Shown here: piece after piece, positions 37,483 to 45,992 of the stretch
Layout of the letters: every line of letters starts with the position of its first letter
Numbering within the stretch: the first letter of the stretch is position 1
DNA from: Nitrososphaerota archaeon
GTDB taxonomy: Archaea; Thermoproteota; Nitrososphaeria_A; Caldarchaeales; Caldarchaeaceae
Assembly (NCBI GenBank): GCA_041641305.1
Contig: JBEPYN010000002.1
Location: 576,001-640,000, forward strand
Reading direction: 5' to 3'
Length of the DNA: 64,000 bases
Translations under genes and position numbers: made by a program
Notes under the pieces: model-generated
The model's input: only the letters and a program-made list of their open reading frames with translations
Told to the model about the DNA's origin: nothing
Databases searched by the model: none

Positions 37483-37557
37483 TGCTCCGGCCGGGATTTG
37501 AACCCGGGTCTCGGGCTCGAGAGGCCCGCATACTTGACCGGACTATACTACCGGAGC
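37483..37557 (-). tRNA. tRNA-Glu(CUC)
   Basis: Reverse complement: GCTCCGG...CGGGC-CT-CTC-GA-GCCCG...CCGGG-TTCAAAT-CCCGG-CCGGAGC-A. Confidence 0.96.
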
Positions 37558-37610
37558 AGTTTAGGCGGCATTTGTTTGTTGGATGCGGCGATATGTAGGT
37601 TTTTCGTTTC

Positions 37611-38078
37611 TTAGCTTTCGCGGGCGTATATGCTGACTATTCCTCTGAACCCTAGGCGTGTGTAGAATTCGACGGCTATTTCGTTGAGTGACGGGAACTC
37701 AGCTGTGATGATTTCAACTCTGTCTTTGAGCTGTTTCACGGCGTAGTCGAGCATATCAGCCCCGTATTTCTTTCTCCTATACTCTGGTAGGAGGTAGAAC
37801 TCGACTATTTTTCCCTCTATTCTCGGCTGGTAAAACAATCGTTCGACTATGTCCGCCTTAAGGAAGCCCACCACTCTGCCGCTGTCCTCTGCAACGATGA
37901 CGAGCGAGTCAGGAGACTTGATGGCTTCTTCAAAGTATTTTTTCGAGGTTTCGGCGATGTCTTCTCTTGTCTTGAAGAGCGGGTCAAACTCCTCGTTAAG
38001 CCGTTTGAGTCGGATGTTCAGCTCCACAAGCCTTGGAATGTCTCTCTCCACAGCTTTCCTGAAAACAAGCTCCGTCAT
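37611..38078 (-). CDS. GNAT-family acetyltransferase
   Basis: VAED.G.VVG, YLLPEYRRKKYG, N..A..FY.RLGF. Confidence 0.88.
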   Translation of the reverse strand: MTELVFRKAVERDIPRLVELNIRLKRLNEEFDPLFKTREDIAETSKKYFEEAIKSPDSLVIVAEDSGRVVGFLKADIVERLFYQPRIEGKIVEFYLLPEYRRKKYGADMLDYAVKQLKDRVEIITAEFPSLNEIAVEFYTRLGFRGIVSIYARES

Positions 38079-38079
38079 T

Positions 38080-39402
38080 TCAATCAACCTTTGGAAGCGG
38101 TTTTATGAACCGCTGATCCATGAGCGACATTAATAGCTTTCGCGACCTTTGGATGATTTTCTTGGCTCGGACAAACTCCTCATCGTAGTTGAGAGGTTTT
38201 CGAGCCACGTTCTCGACTCGGGCCTGTTCGGCGACCGACGCTGCTACATGAACATAGACCTCCCACTCATCCATCGTTGGGATGATGTGGTCAGGGTTTA
38301 GTTTTTCATCTGAAACGTAGTCGGCTAGTGCTTCAGCGGCTTTGAGGGCCATGGTGTCGGTTATTGAGCGGGCTTTTACGTCGAGGGCTCCTCTAAAGAC
38401 CGCGGGGAAGACAAGGCTGTTGTTTACCTGGTTTGGGAAGTCGCTGCGCCCCGTCGCTACCACAGCCGCCCCACCCTCTTTAGCCTCCCAAGGCCACATC
38501 TCTGGAACAGGGTTTGCCAAAAGGAAGACAACAGGGTCCTGCGCCATCCTCTGTATCCATTCTTTCTTTATTCTGCCGGGCCCCGGTGAAGAAGCCGCTA
38601 TCAACACGTCTGCGCCCTCTAGTGCGTCGACGAGTTGGCCCGAGAGCTTGGCACGGTTGGTTTTCAGCGCAAGCTCATATTTCCAAGGATGTTTCAGCAT
38701 AAGCTCGTCCATGTCTTCTCTTTCCGAGTAGAGAATGCCTCTTGTATCGACCAGTATCATCTTAGAGATGTCGGCTCCCGCTTTCTCGAGGAGTCTGGCG
38801 GTGGCTATGTTCGCGGCTCCTGCCCCATATAATACAATCGAAACCTTGTTCAGCTTCTTGTTGGTTAGTTTGAGTGCGTTGATTAGTGCGGCGGTGGTGG
38901 CTGCCGCTGTTCCGAGCTGGTCGTCGTGCCAGACGGGTATGGACATCTGTTGCCGAAGATTCTCGAGTATGTAGAAGCATTCTGGTGAGGAGATGTCTTC
39001 GAGGTTTACCCCTCCCAGGCCTGGCTCGAGCGTCTTAACTGTTTCAACAAACTTCTGCGGGTCTTTCACGTTCAAACAAATAGGAAAAGCATCAACTCCT
39101 CCGAGGAACTTGAAAATAAGCGACTTCCCCTCCATAACTGGGAGAGCGGCCTCGGGGCCTATGTCTCCAAGACCCAAAACTCTCGAACCGTTGGTGACTA
39201 CGGCTATAGTGTTCCACCGCCATGTGTACTCGAAGCTAAGCTCCCTATTCTCACTGATTGCCTTTGACACAGCGGCTACTCCGGGAGTATACCATACCGA
39301 GAAATCCTCAAGAGACTTCACAGGGATTTTGGGCACTATCTCGAGCTTACCCCCATAATAGGGGGCGGATTTCACGGCAAGTTTGCCGTGTTCATCACTC
39401 AT
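38080..39402 (-). CDS. NAD(P)-dependent malic enzyme
   Basis: YTPGVA, VLGLGDIG, PVMEGK, NLEDI, HDDQ.GT, GAGAA, LANP.PE, TGRSDFPNQVNN. Confidence 0.95.
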   Translation of the reverse strand: MSDEHGKLAVKSAPYYGGKLEIVPKIPVKSLEDFSVWYTPGVAAVSKAISENRELSFEYTWRWNTIAVVTNGSRVLGLGDIGPEAALPVMEGKSLIFKFLGGVDAFPICLNVKDPQKFVETVKTLEPGLGGVNLEDISSPECFYILENLRQQMSIPVWHDDQLGTAAATTAALINALKLTNKKLNKVSIVLYGAGAANIATARLLEKAGADISKMILVDTRGILYSEREDMDELMLKHPWKYELALKTNRAKLSGQLVDALEGADVLIAASSPGPGRIKKEWIQRMAQDPVVFLLANPVPEMWPWEAKEGGAAVVATGRSDFPNQVNNSLVFPAVFRGALDVKARSITDTMALKAAEALADYVSDEKLNPDHIIPTMDEWEVYVHVAASVAEQARVENVARKPLNYDEEFVRAKKIIQRSRKLLMSLMDQRFIKPLPKVD

Positions 39403-39480
39403 GAAGAATTCTTGATAACGCGACTTGATAAAGTTGTTTAGGTTCGCTCATATTTAAAAACAGGATGCCGCGGTATTTCT

Positions 39481-41493
39481 GTGATGGAGCCAATCCGTGA
39501 GACATACATCCTGTTGCCTCCGGGGACGGATCTCCTGATGTATCTTGTCCTCATGCCTTTCGCTGTGGTTTTTGTTTTTGGGGTTGTTTATCGGCTGAGG
39601 CGATTGGGTGCGAGGAGTGCGGATGAATTCTTGTCAAGTCTCTTGAAAGGAGTAGGGTACATGGTTAGGTATGGGTTGTTGCAGCGCAGAGTTGTCGCGG
39701 AGCATTTGGCGGGGGTTATGCATCTTCTGATATACACGGGTATCATCGCTCTCTTCATAGGCACTACACTTGTCTTCATAGACTATGACATTCTACGTGT
39801 TCTCGGTTTTCGTCTCCTCCGCGGAGATTTCTACATCGGTTTCGAGTTCGTGCTTGACGTGATGGGTGTGGCGTTTCTCTTCGGGTTAGCTCTTCTTATC
39901 TACAGGCGGTTCATCCTACATGAGAGGAGGCTTCGGAATAGACTGGAGTATTCCATGGCTTTGGCCGGGCTTCTTTTCATAGGGTTGTCGGGATATGTTT
40001 TGGAGGCGATCAGGCTAACGGTTGAGCCGAGGCCGTGGAGCGGATACAGCTTCGTCGGCAAAGCAGTGTCGACGGCCTTCTTTGTGAACCTGCCGACTGA
40101 GCCGCTCACTCTTCTTTATCAGGGGATCTGGTGGAGCCATGCAGTCGTGGCTTTTGCTATGGTTGCCGTGCTACCTTACTCACCTCTCGGACACGTTTTC
40201 TCCACTCTTCTCAACATCGCGGTCAACGCACCGCGTCAGCTCCCCCTAGGCAAGATGAAAACACCTTTCAGGTTAGACGAGCTTGACCCCTCGGCGGACA
40301 TCAAGCTGGGGTTCAGGAGTTTGGCGGAGCTTGGGTGGATGGAGAGGCTGGGGCTCGACGCCTGCACAGACTGCGGAAGATGTGAAGCCGCGTGCCCCGC
40401 GTATGCGGCCGGTACACCCTTGTCGCCCCGTGACATAGTGCAGAAGCTGCGGAGACAGCTTTGGAGAGGCAACGGCCTCGACGAGGATGTCTTCGCCTCG
40501 GGGTTGATTGACGAGGAGGAGATATGGGCATGCACCACCTGCTCAGCATGCATAGAGGCGTGCCCTGTGTTGATCAGGCCTATGGACTATATTCTTGAGA
40601 TGAGAAGGGCCCTCACTCTCGAGGGTAAGCTGGATAAACGCAAATCAGCGATGTTGACCAACCTTAGCAGATACGGTAACCCATACGGCTTTGACCAAAG
40701 CGAGAAACAGAAGTTTTTCGAGGAACTTGCCGAGATGGGTGTGCAAACCCTTGACGAGAAGCCTGACGCCGAATATATCTACTGGATTGGATGTGCCTCG
40801 ATATATGATGCACGAGGCCGTGAGATAGCCAAAAGCGTTGCAAAAATTTTGCTCAAAGCCGGTGTCTCATTCGCGGTTCTCGGCGTCGATGAAACATGCA
40901 CAGGCGACCCCGCCCGCCGCATAGGGGAAGAAGGCCGCTTCCAAGAACTGGCTCTACAGAACATCGATACGCTTAAGCAGAAATCAGTCAAGAAAATCAT
41001 AGTAAACTGTCCACACTGCTTCAACACTTTGAAGAAAGAGTATAGAGACTTTGGGCTCGAGCTGGAGGTGCGGCATCATTCACAGGTCATCGGCGAGCTG
41101 CTGAGAACAGGCAAAATCAAGCCATCAAGGCCTCTCTCAGAGAAGATAACTCTCCACGATTCATGCTACATCGGGAGGATGAACGATGTCTTCGAGGAGC
41201 CTCGGTTTGCTATAAAGGCTGTTAACGCGGGGGGAAGCTATGTTGAGATGGGTAAGAGCGGGCGTAAAAGCTTCTGCTGCGGTGCCGGGGGAAGCACCTA
41301 CTGGTATGAGGTGAGGAGAACTGATAGGGAGAGCAATATACGTCTGAGACAGGCTTTGGAGACAGGGGCCTCTGTGCTGGCCGTCGAATGCCCATACTGC
41401 ATGCAGATGTTCGCCGACGCAGCCCGTGTAACAGGAGTGGACCAGAGCCTCAAGATAAGGGATATAGCGGAGATCGTGGCCGAAAGCCTTTGA
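39481..41493 (+). CDS. Membrane-bound Fe-S oxidoreductase (FadF/HdrDE-like; probable ETF:quinone oxidoreductase)
   Basis: N-terminal heme-b TM domain (NarI-like His residues), two CxxCxxCxxxCP motifs, two CCG domains (CTG, CPHC, HDSC, CCGAGG, CPYC); upstream of etfBA. Confidence 0.9.
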   Translation: MMEPIRETYILLPPGTDLLMYLVLMPFAVVFVFGVVYRLRRLGARSADEFLSSLLKGVGYMVRYGLLQRRVVAEHLAGVMHLLIYTGIIALFIGTTLVFIDYDILRVLGFRLLRGDFYIGFEFVLDVMGVAFLFGLALLIYRRFILHERRLRNRLEYSMALAGLLFIGLSGYVLEAIRLTVEPRPWSGYSFVGKAVSTAFFVNLPTEPLTLLYQGIWWSHAVVAFAMVAVLPYSPLGHVFSTLLNIAVNAPRQLPLGKMKTPFRLDELDPSADIKLGFRSLAELGWMERLGLDACTDCGRCEAACPAYAAGTPLSPRDIVQKLRRQLWRGNGLDEDVFASGLIDEEEIWACTTCSACIEACPVLIRPMDYILEMRRALTLEGKLDKRKSAMLTNLSRYGNPYGFDQSEKQKFFEELAEMGVQTLDEKPDAEYIYWIGCASIYDARGREIAKSVAKILLKAGVSFAVLGVDETCTGDPARRIGEEGRFQELALQNIDTLKQKSVKKIIVNCPHCFNTLKKEYRDFGLELEVRHHSQVIGELLRTGKIKPSRPLSEKITLHDSCYIGRMNDVFEEPRFAIKAVNAGGSYVEMGKSGRKSFCCGAGGSTYWYEVRRTDRESNIRLRQALETGASVLAVECPYCMQMFADAARVTGVDQSLKIRDIAEIVAESL

Positions 41494-41538
41494 AACACGT
41501 TTTTTAGATAGGCTCGTTCAAGATGTTTCCGAGAACCT

Positions 41539-42324
41539 ATGCCCGATATCGTTGTTTGCGTCAAGCAGACGGTTGACGTTTATCAGCTGAAGCCTCATCC
41601 CGAGACTCTAGCGCCCCAGCTTTCTCAGGCCCAGTGGAAGAACAGCGACTTCGACCTGAACGCGGTCGAGGAAGCCGTCCGCATCAAGGAGAAAAGTGGC
41701 GGAAAGGTCATCGTCGTCAGCGTGGGGCCCGAGGTTAAGCCGCTTCTGGTAAGAGAGTGTCTCGCCATGGGAGCAGATGAAGCCTACATTCTCTCAGACC
41801 CTGCTCTCGCTTCTGCTGACGGCGGGGCAACTGTCAAGGCCCTGGCAGCTGTCATAAAAACAGCTTCACCGAAATGGGACATGATACTATGTGGAGAAGC
41901 TTCTCTGGACCAGAATGCTTACCAGACGGGGCCGCGTCTCGCTGAGATATTCAACGTTCCACATGTTTCATATGTGAACAAGCTGGAGGTGGGCGATGGC
42001 GTGTTGAAGGCATGGAGGACTGTCGAAGACGGTGTGGAGGTTGTTTCATGCAGCTTGCCAGCCGTGGTCACGGTCGGGTTGGAAATCAACACCCCCCGGC
42101 TACCCAGCCTGTTGATGATTAGGGCTGCGCAGAAGAAGCCTCTCAAGGAGCTTTCACTCAACGATGTTGGGCTTACAAAAGACGACCTCAAGCCAAAAGC
42201 CGAGACACTCGAGATTAAGGCTATGAAGACCGAGAGAAGAAGACAGGTTTTCGAGGGAAAGATCGAGGAGTTGGCGGAAAAACTAGCGGAAACAATCATC
42301 TCACACGGTGGTGGAAGAAAATGA
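41539..42324 (+). CDS. etfB: Electron transfer flavoprotein beta subunit
   Basis: IVVCVKQ, D.NAVEEA, LAMGAD, G..S.D, NTPRLPSL. Confidence 0.95.
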   Translation: MPDIVVCVKQTVDVYQLKPHPETLAPQLSQAQWKNSDFDLNAVEEAVRIKEKSGGKVIVVSVGPEVKPLLVRECLAMGADEAYILSDPALASADGGATVKALAAVIKTASPKWDMILCGEASLDQNAYQTGPRLAEIFNVPHVSYVNKLEVGDGVLKAWRTVEDGVEVVSCSLPAVVTVGLEINTPRLPSLLMIRAAQKKPLKELSLNDVGLTKDDLKPKAETLEIKAMKTERRRQVFEGKIEELAEKLAETIISHGGGRK

Positions 42325-43262
42325 AGACACTTGTCATAGGAGAGAAACCGGAACAAGTCATCACAACAGCCAGCTACGCAAAATCACTCAACACAGCACA
42401 AGTCGTCGCAGCGGCCTTCAAACCCTTCACAGAAAACGAGCTGGAGATGCTCGGCGGAGCAGGAGCCGAAAAACTCATCCAACTACCCGAGAAATACCTG
42501 GCATCCGGTGCCGCGGCCTCTGCAGCAGTGTTGGCGGAGCTCGTGAAAAAACTTGATCCCGACCTTGTCCTAATCTATGCGTCGAAGAAAGGTGTCGAGA
42601 TATGTGGCCGTTTGGCGCAGCGGCTTGACATAGCCTATGCATCTGAGGCCTTCGCGGTTGAGAGGGGTGAGAAAGGGTTTGTGGCTAAACGGCTTGTGAT
42701 GGGAGGTGGCTACGTGGCCACTGTTTTGCTTAACAGTAGACCCGCCTTGGCTTCGGTGAAGATATCGACATCAGAGACATCTAGGGGGCCGAAGCCGGCT
42801 GTTGAGGAATTTGACCCTAATGTCGACGCTCCGGCTGTGAAGGTGTTGGAGACCATTAAGCCTGAGAAGACACGTGTGGACCTTGAGAAAGCTGCCTTGA
42901 TTGTGGCTGTTGGCCGAGGTTTCAAGAAAAAGGAGGATTTGTCGCTGGCGGAGGAGCTTGCAAAGGTGATTGGGGCGGAGATTGGGTGCAGCAGGCCTAT
43001 ATCTGGTGACCTCAAATGGCTTGAGGAGGAGCGGCACATAGGATTATCTGGAAAACGTGTGCGACCCACCCTCTACATAGCGCTTGGTATATCCGGTCAG
43101 GTGCAGCATCTCGTCGGAATGCGTGACAGCAAAACCGTCATAGCCGTCAACACAGACCCCAACGCACCCATGGCCTCCGAGTCAGACTACTACTTCGTCG
43201 CAGACCTCTACAAAATCCTCCCCCTCACCATAGAAATTCTCAAAAAGAAACTGGGCAGTTAA
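42321..43262 (+). CDS. etfA: Electron transfer flavoprotein alpha subunit
   Basis: VAVGRG, GCSRP, IGLSG..V.P.LYIALGISG..QH.VG, AVNTD.NAP. Confidence 0.95.
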   Translation: MKTLVIGEKPEQVITTASYAKSLNTAQVVAAAFKPFTENELEMLGGAGAEKLIQLPEKYLASGAAASAAVLAELVKKLDPDLVLIYASKKGVEICGRLAQRLDIAYASEAFAVERGEKGFVAKRLVMGGGYVATVLLNSRPALASVKISTSETSRGPKPAVEEFDPNVDAPAVKVLETIKPEKTRVDLEKAALIVAVGRGFKKKEDLSLAEELAKVIGAEIGCSRPISGDLKWLEEERHIGLSGKRVRPTLYIALGISGQVQHLVGMRDSKTVIAVNTDPNAPMASESDYYFVADLYKILPLTIEILKKKLGS

Positions 43263-43265
43263 AAC

Positions 43266-43874
43266 ATGCATTACCTAACAACAGTTCTCGCTAACCAGGA
43301 TCCCGGCGGACGCAGAGGCCTCATAAAAATAAACAAGAGGCCAATGATAGAGTATGTGCTCGACTCGGTGCCCGAAGACACAGACGAAATCGTCATCATG
43401 ACCCAGCAGTGTTCGCTGAACGAGTATAGGGACATAGCCGAGGATTATGGTGCGGAGCTGTGGGACGCTGGGCCAAAGGAGCTCGACATCCGTTTCCACC
43501 TCGAGAAGCTTTTCCGCGAGAAAACATGCGACTCTGTGGTCGCCCTCTCCTGCGACACACCTCTAATCAACAGAGAGGTGGTAATGTTTCTACGCGACGT
43601 TGTTACACGATTCTCCGCAGGCATACCGCGACCAGTTTTTGACAAGCCCGAGTTCACACCCGCCTCCTACCGCGTCAAACCATTTCTCCAAGCCATGGAG
43701 CAGTATCCAGAATTGAAGATGAACGAGCTTGTGAAGCATGTTGGAAACGTGCTATACATATCGCTTCAGAGCTTCAAAATCTTTGATGACAAGCTCCGTT
43801 TTCTCGTCAGGGTTCAAACGCAGTCGGATGCTAGGAGAGCTGCTCAGATTCTTCAGTCAGTTGAGGGTGAATAG
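43266..43874 (+). CDS. MobA-like NTP-transferase domain protein (divergent)
   Basis: KRPMIEYV, LSCDTPL; the N-terminal LAGG.S.R motif is degenerate. Confidence 0.65.
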   Translation: MHYLTTVLANQDPGGRRGLIKINKRPMIEYVLDSVPEDTDEIVIMTQQCSLNEYRDIAEDYGAELWDAGPKELDIRFHLEKLFREKTCDSVVALSCDTPLINREVVMFLRDVVTRFSAGIPRPVFDKPEFTPASYRVKPFLQAMEQYPELKMNELVKHVGNVLYISLQSFKIFDDKLRFLVRVQTQSDARRAAQILQSVEGE

Positions 43875-43876
43875 GT

Positions 43877-44857
43877 TTGCTTCCGCTTGGTAAGCTTCCT
43901 GAGAAGATTTTGAAAGATGTTGTGCTACGTAGAGTGGGTGCGAGGCGGAGAGATGTAATTCTCTGGCCAAGTTTCGGAGAAGACGCGGGAGCCGTCAAGA
44001 CATCTAACGATGTCTACATAGTCTCGATGGACCCAATAACGGGTTCGAAGAGCTTCGTCGGCTGGCTTGCTGTCCACGCCTCGGCTAACGATGTCGCGGT
44101 ATGCGGTGGAAGACCTCAGTGGTTCTCCTCAACCATACTCTTGCCAAAAGGGTACACACCAGCCGACCTTAAGAAAATCGTTGACCAGATACATCTCGCC
44201 TGTAGAAGGATGGATGTGGCTGTTGTGACAGGGCACTCGGAGGTAGCGCCCTTCTTATCCTCGCCAGTAGTCATTGGACACATGACTGGTAAACTGGTCG
44301 CACCAAAACCCGTCACCACGCGTGGAGCAAAACCGGGAGACGAAATTCTATTGGTAAAGCCTCCGGGGCTTGAGGGAGCAGCAATAATTTCCGCGGACTA
44401 TGCTGATCTGCTTCGGCGTAAGGGATTTACGGAGAGGGAGGTGAGGGTAGGGGCCATGCTCATTAAGAAGACCTCGGTCGTAGAGGAGGCTTTGTCCCTT
44501 GCCTCGACAGGTGTAAACTGTATGCATGACCCGACTGAGGGAGGCCTTCTCGGCGGACTGTATGAAGTGGCTGAAGCCGCCAACGTTGGCTTCGAAATTG
44601 AAAGGTCAAGGGTCCCGATGCATCCACTTGTGCAACGTATCTGCGAAAAAATGGATATCGACCCTCTCAGGCTAATAAGCTCCGGAACCCTTATTGCAAC
44701 AGCGCCACGCTTCAGTAGCAGAGTGTTGGCAAAGGTAGGTGGAAGAATTATCGGGAAAATACTTCCCCGCAGAGAGGGTATGAGGGTAATCGAGGACGAC
44801 CGCGAGGAGAAAATCAAGGGCCCCATACAGGACGAGCTGTGGAGAATCATCTCCTAA
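43877..44857 (+). CDS. AIR synthase (PurM/HypE/ThiL) family protein
   Basis: GKLP, GEDA, DPITG, NDVA..G, GHSE, MHDPTEGG, LISSG. Confidence 0.88.
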   Translation: MLPLGKLPEKILKDVVLRRVGARRRDVILWPSFGEDAGAVKTSNDVYIVSMDPITGSKSFVGWLAVHASANDVAVCGGRPQWFSSTILLPKGYTPADLKKIVDQIHLACRRMDVAVVTGHSEVAPFLSSPVVIGHMTGKLVAPKPVTTRGAKPGDEILLVKPPGLEGAAIISADYADLLRRKGFTEREVRVGAMLIKKTSVVEEALSLASTGVNCMHDPTEGGLLGGLYEVAEAANVGFEIERSRVPMHPLVQRICEKMDIDPLRLISSGTLIATAPRFSSRVLAKVGGRIIGKILPRREGMRVIEDDREEKIKGPIQDELWRIIS

Positions 44858-44894
44858 CCCTACCTTTAAACCTGACCAGAAACACTACTAGGGC

Positions 44895-45404
44895 ATGGAT
44901 GTGTTTGAAGCGATAAGAACCAGGCTGGAGATAAGAGAATTCGCCGACAAACCGGTTCCACGCGAAGTCTTGAAGGAGATTCTCGAGGCGGCGAGGCTTT
45001 CGCCGAGCGGGCGTAACACCCAGCACTGGCGTTTTATCGTTGTTGAGGGAGCGGATGAGCTAAAGAAGTTGGCTGAGATGAGCACTACTGGTAAATGGGT
45101 TGAAAACGCTGCGCTCGCGATAATTGTTCTCACCTCTCCATCGTATCCGTGGCATTTGTTTGACGCCGGAAGGGCAGTCACCCACATGCAGCTCGCGGCA
45201 TGGAACAGGTCTGTCGGCTCACGCATATACACAGGCTACGACGAACAAGCCATGCGCAGAAAATATGGAATCCCGCCAGAATATCACATAGCTTGCGTCA
45301 TAGGATTCGGCTACCCGAAGCGGAAAATAATTGGCCGTAAAAACAGGCAGCCTATCGAGGCTCTTGCCTTCAGCGGCAAGATGGGCAACCCACTTAAACT
45401 ATAG
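44895..45404 (+). CDS. Nitroreductase family protein
   Basis: AI.TR..IR.F, ARLSPS..N.Q.W.F, D.G.A..M.LAA...GS, GYP. Confidence 0.92.
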   Translation: MDVFEAIRTRLEIREFADKPVPREVLKEILEAARLSPSGRNTQHWRFIVVEGADELKKLAEMSTTGKWVENAALAIIVLTSPSYPWHLFDAGRAVTHMQLAAWNRSVGSRIYTGYDEQAMRRKYGIPPEYHIACVIGFGYPKRKIIGRKNRQPIEALAFSGKMGNPLKL

Positions 45405-45406
45405 AC

Positions 45407-45901
45407 TCAGCGGATTGCGTCTAAACCAATCCTCGACAACGCCGTTGACCGAGCCGACCCCTCAACATACTCGCTAGTCAATTCTATCTCCTCAAGCCAC
45501 TTGATACTCTGGTAACACATTTGACTCGCGAATACAAGCCTGAGGGGGCCGCCGTGCTCGGCGGGGATTTCTTTTCCACGATAACGGTAAGCCACAACCA
45601 TCTCCCTTGCTTCTGGAAGTGGAAAACACTCATAATAATGGCCTGACTTGAAGACAGCATACCGTGCATCGGGCAGAACCCCCGCCACCTCGAGGAGAGA
45701 AGCCACTTTAACCCCCTGCCACTCGGTATCTGGCACAACCCACCCCTCGAGACACTTAAAGTCAAAACTCAAGGATACTGGAGGAAGACGCATAAGCTCG
45801 TCAAGCGAAATCTGTACAGTTCTCACTACTTTGCCGCAGATACGGAGAAACTCTCTCCCTTTCCGTTGAGTTGGGAAAGTCGGCAGGTCGTTCAGAATCA
45901 T
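45407..45901 (-). CDS. Sulfite-oxidase-family molybdopterin-binding protein (single domain)
   Basis: CLEGW...W.GV, EHGGPLRL, KWL..I. Confidence 0.85.
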   Translation of the reverse strand: MILNDLPTFPTQRKGREFLRICGKVVRTVQISLDELMRLPPVSLSFDFKCLEGWVVPDTEWQGVKVASLLEVAGVLPDARYAVFKSGHYYECFPLPEAREMVVAYRYRGKEIPAEHGGPLRLVFASQMCYQSIKWLEEIELTSEYVEGSARSTALSRIGLDAIR

Positions 45902-45992
45902 GTCTAAACACCCCCGGCAACTGATTTAACTTTTTATCCGCAACCTTTAAAGAGCGAAGGCCTCTGACAGTCTTTCAGGCAGGCTGGAAACC

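Noticed and set aside
36202-37557. Intact integrated element or provirus at the tRNA pair
   Set aside because: No integrase or transposase and no duplicated tRNA 3' fragment found; only remnants, reported as an islet.
39411-39431. Direct repeat CTTGATAA x2 upstream of the malic enzyme gene
   Set aside because: Short, AT-rich and overlapping probable promoter elements; insufficient support for an operator.
39443-39453. 11-mer TTCGCTCATAT shared with the tfb/cysS intergenic region (about 59127)
   Set aside because: One shared 11-mer among several kb of intergenic DNA is expected by chance, and the flanking genes are unrelated.
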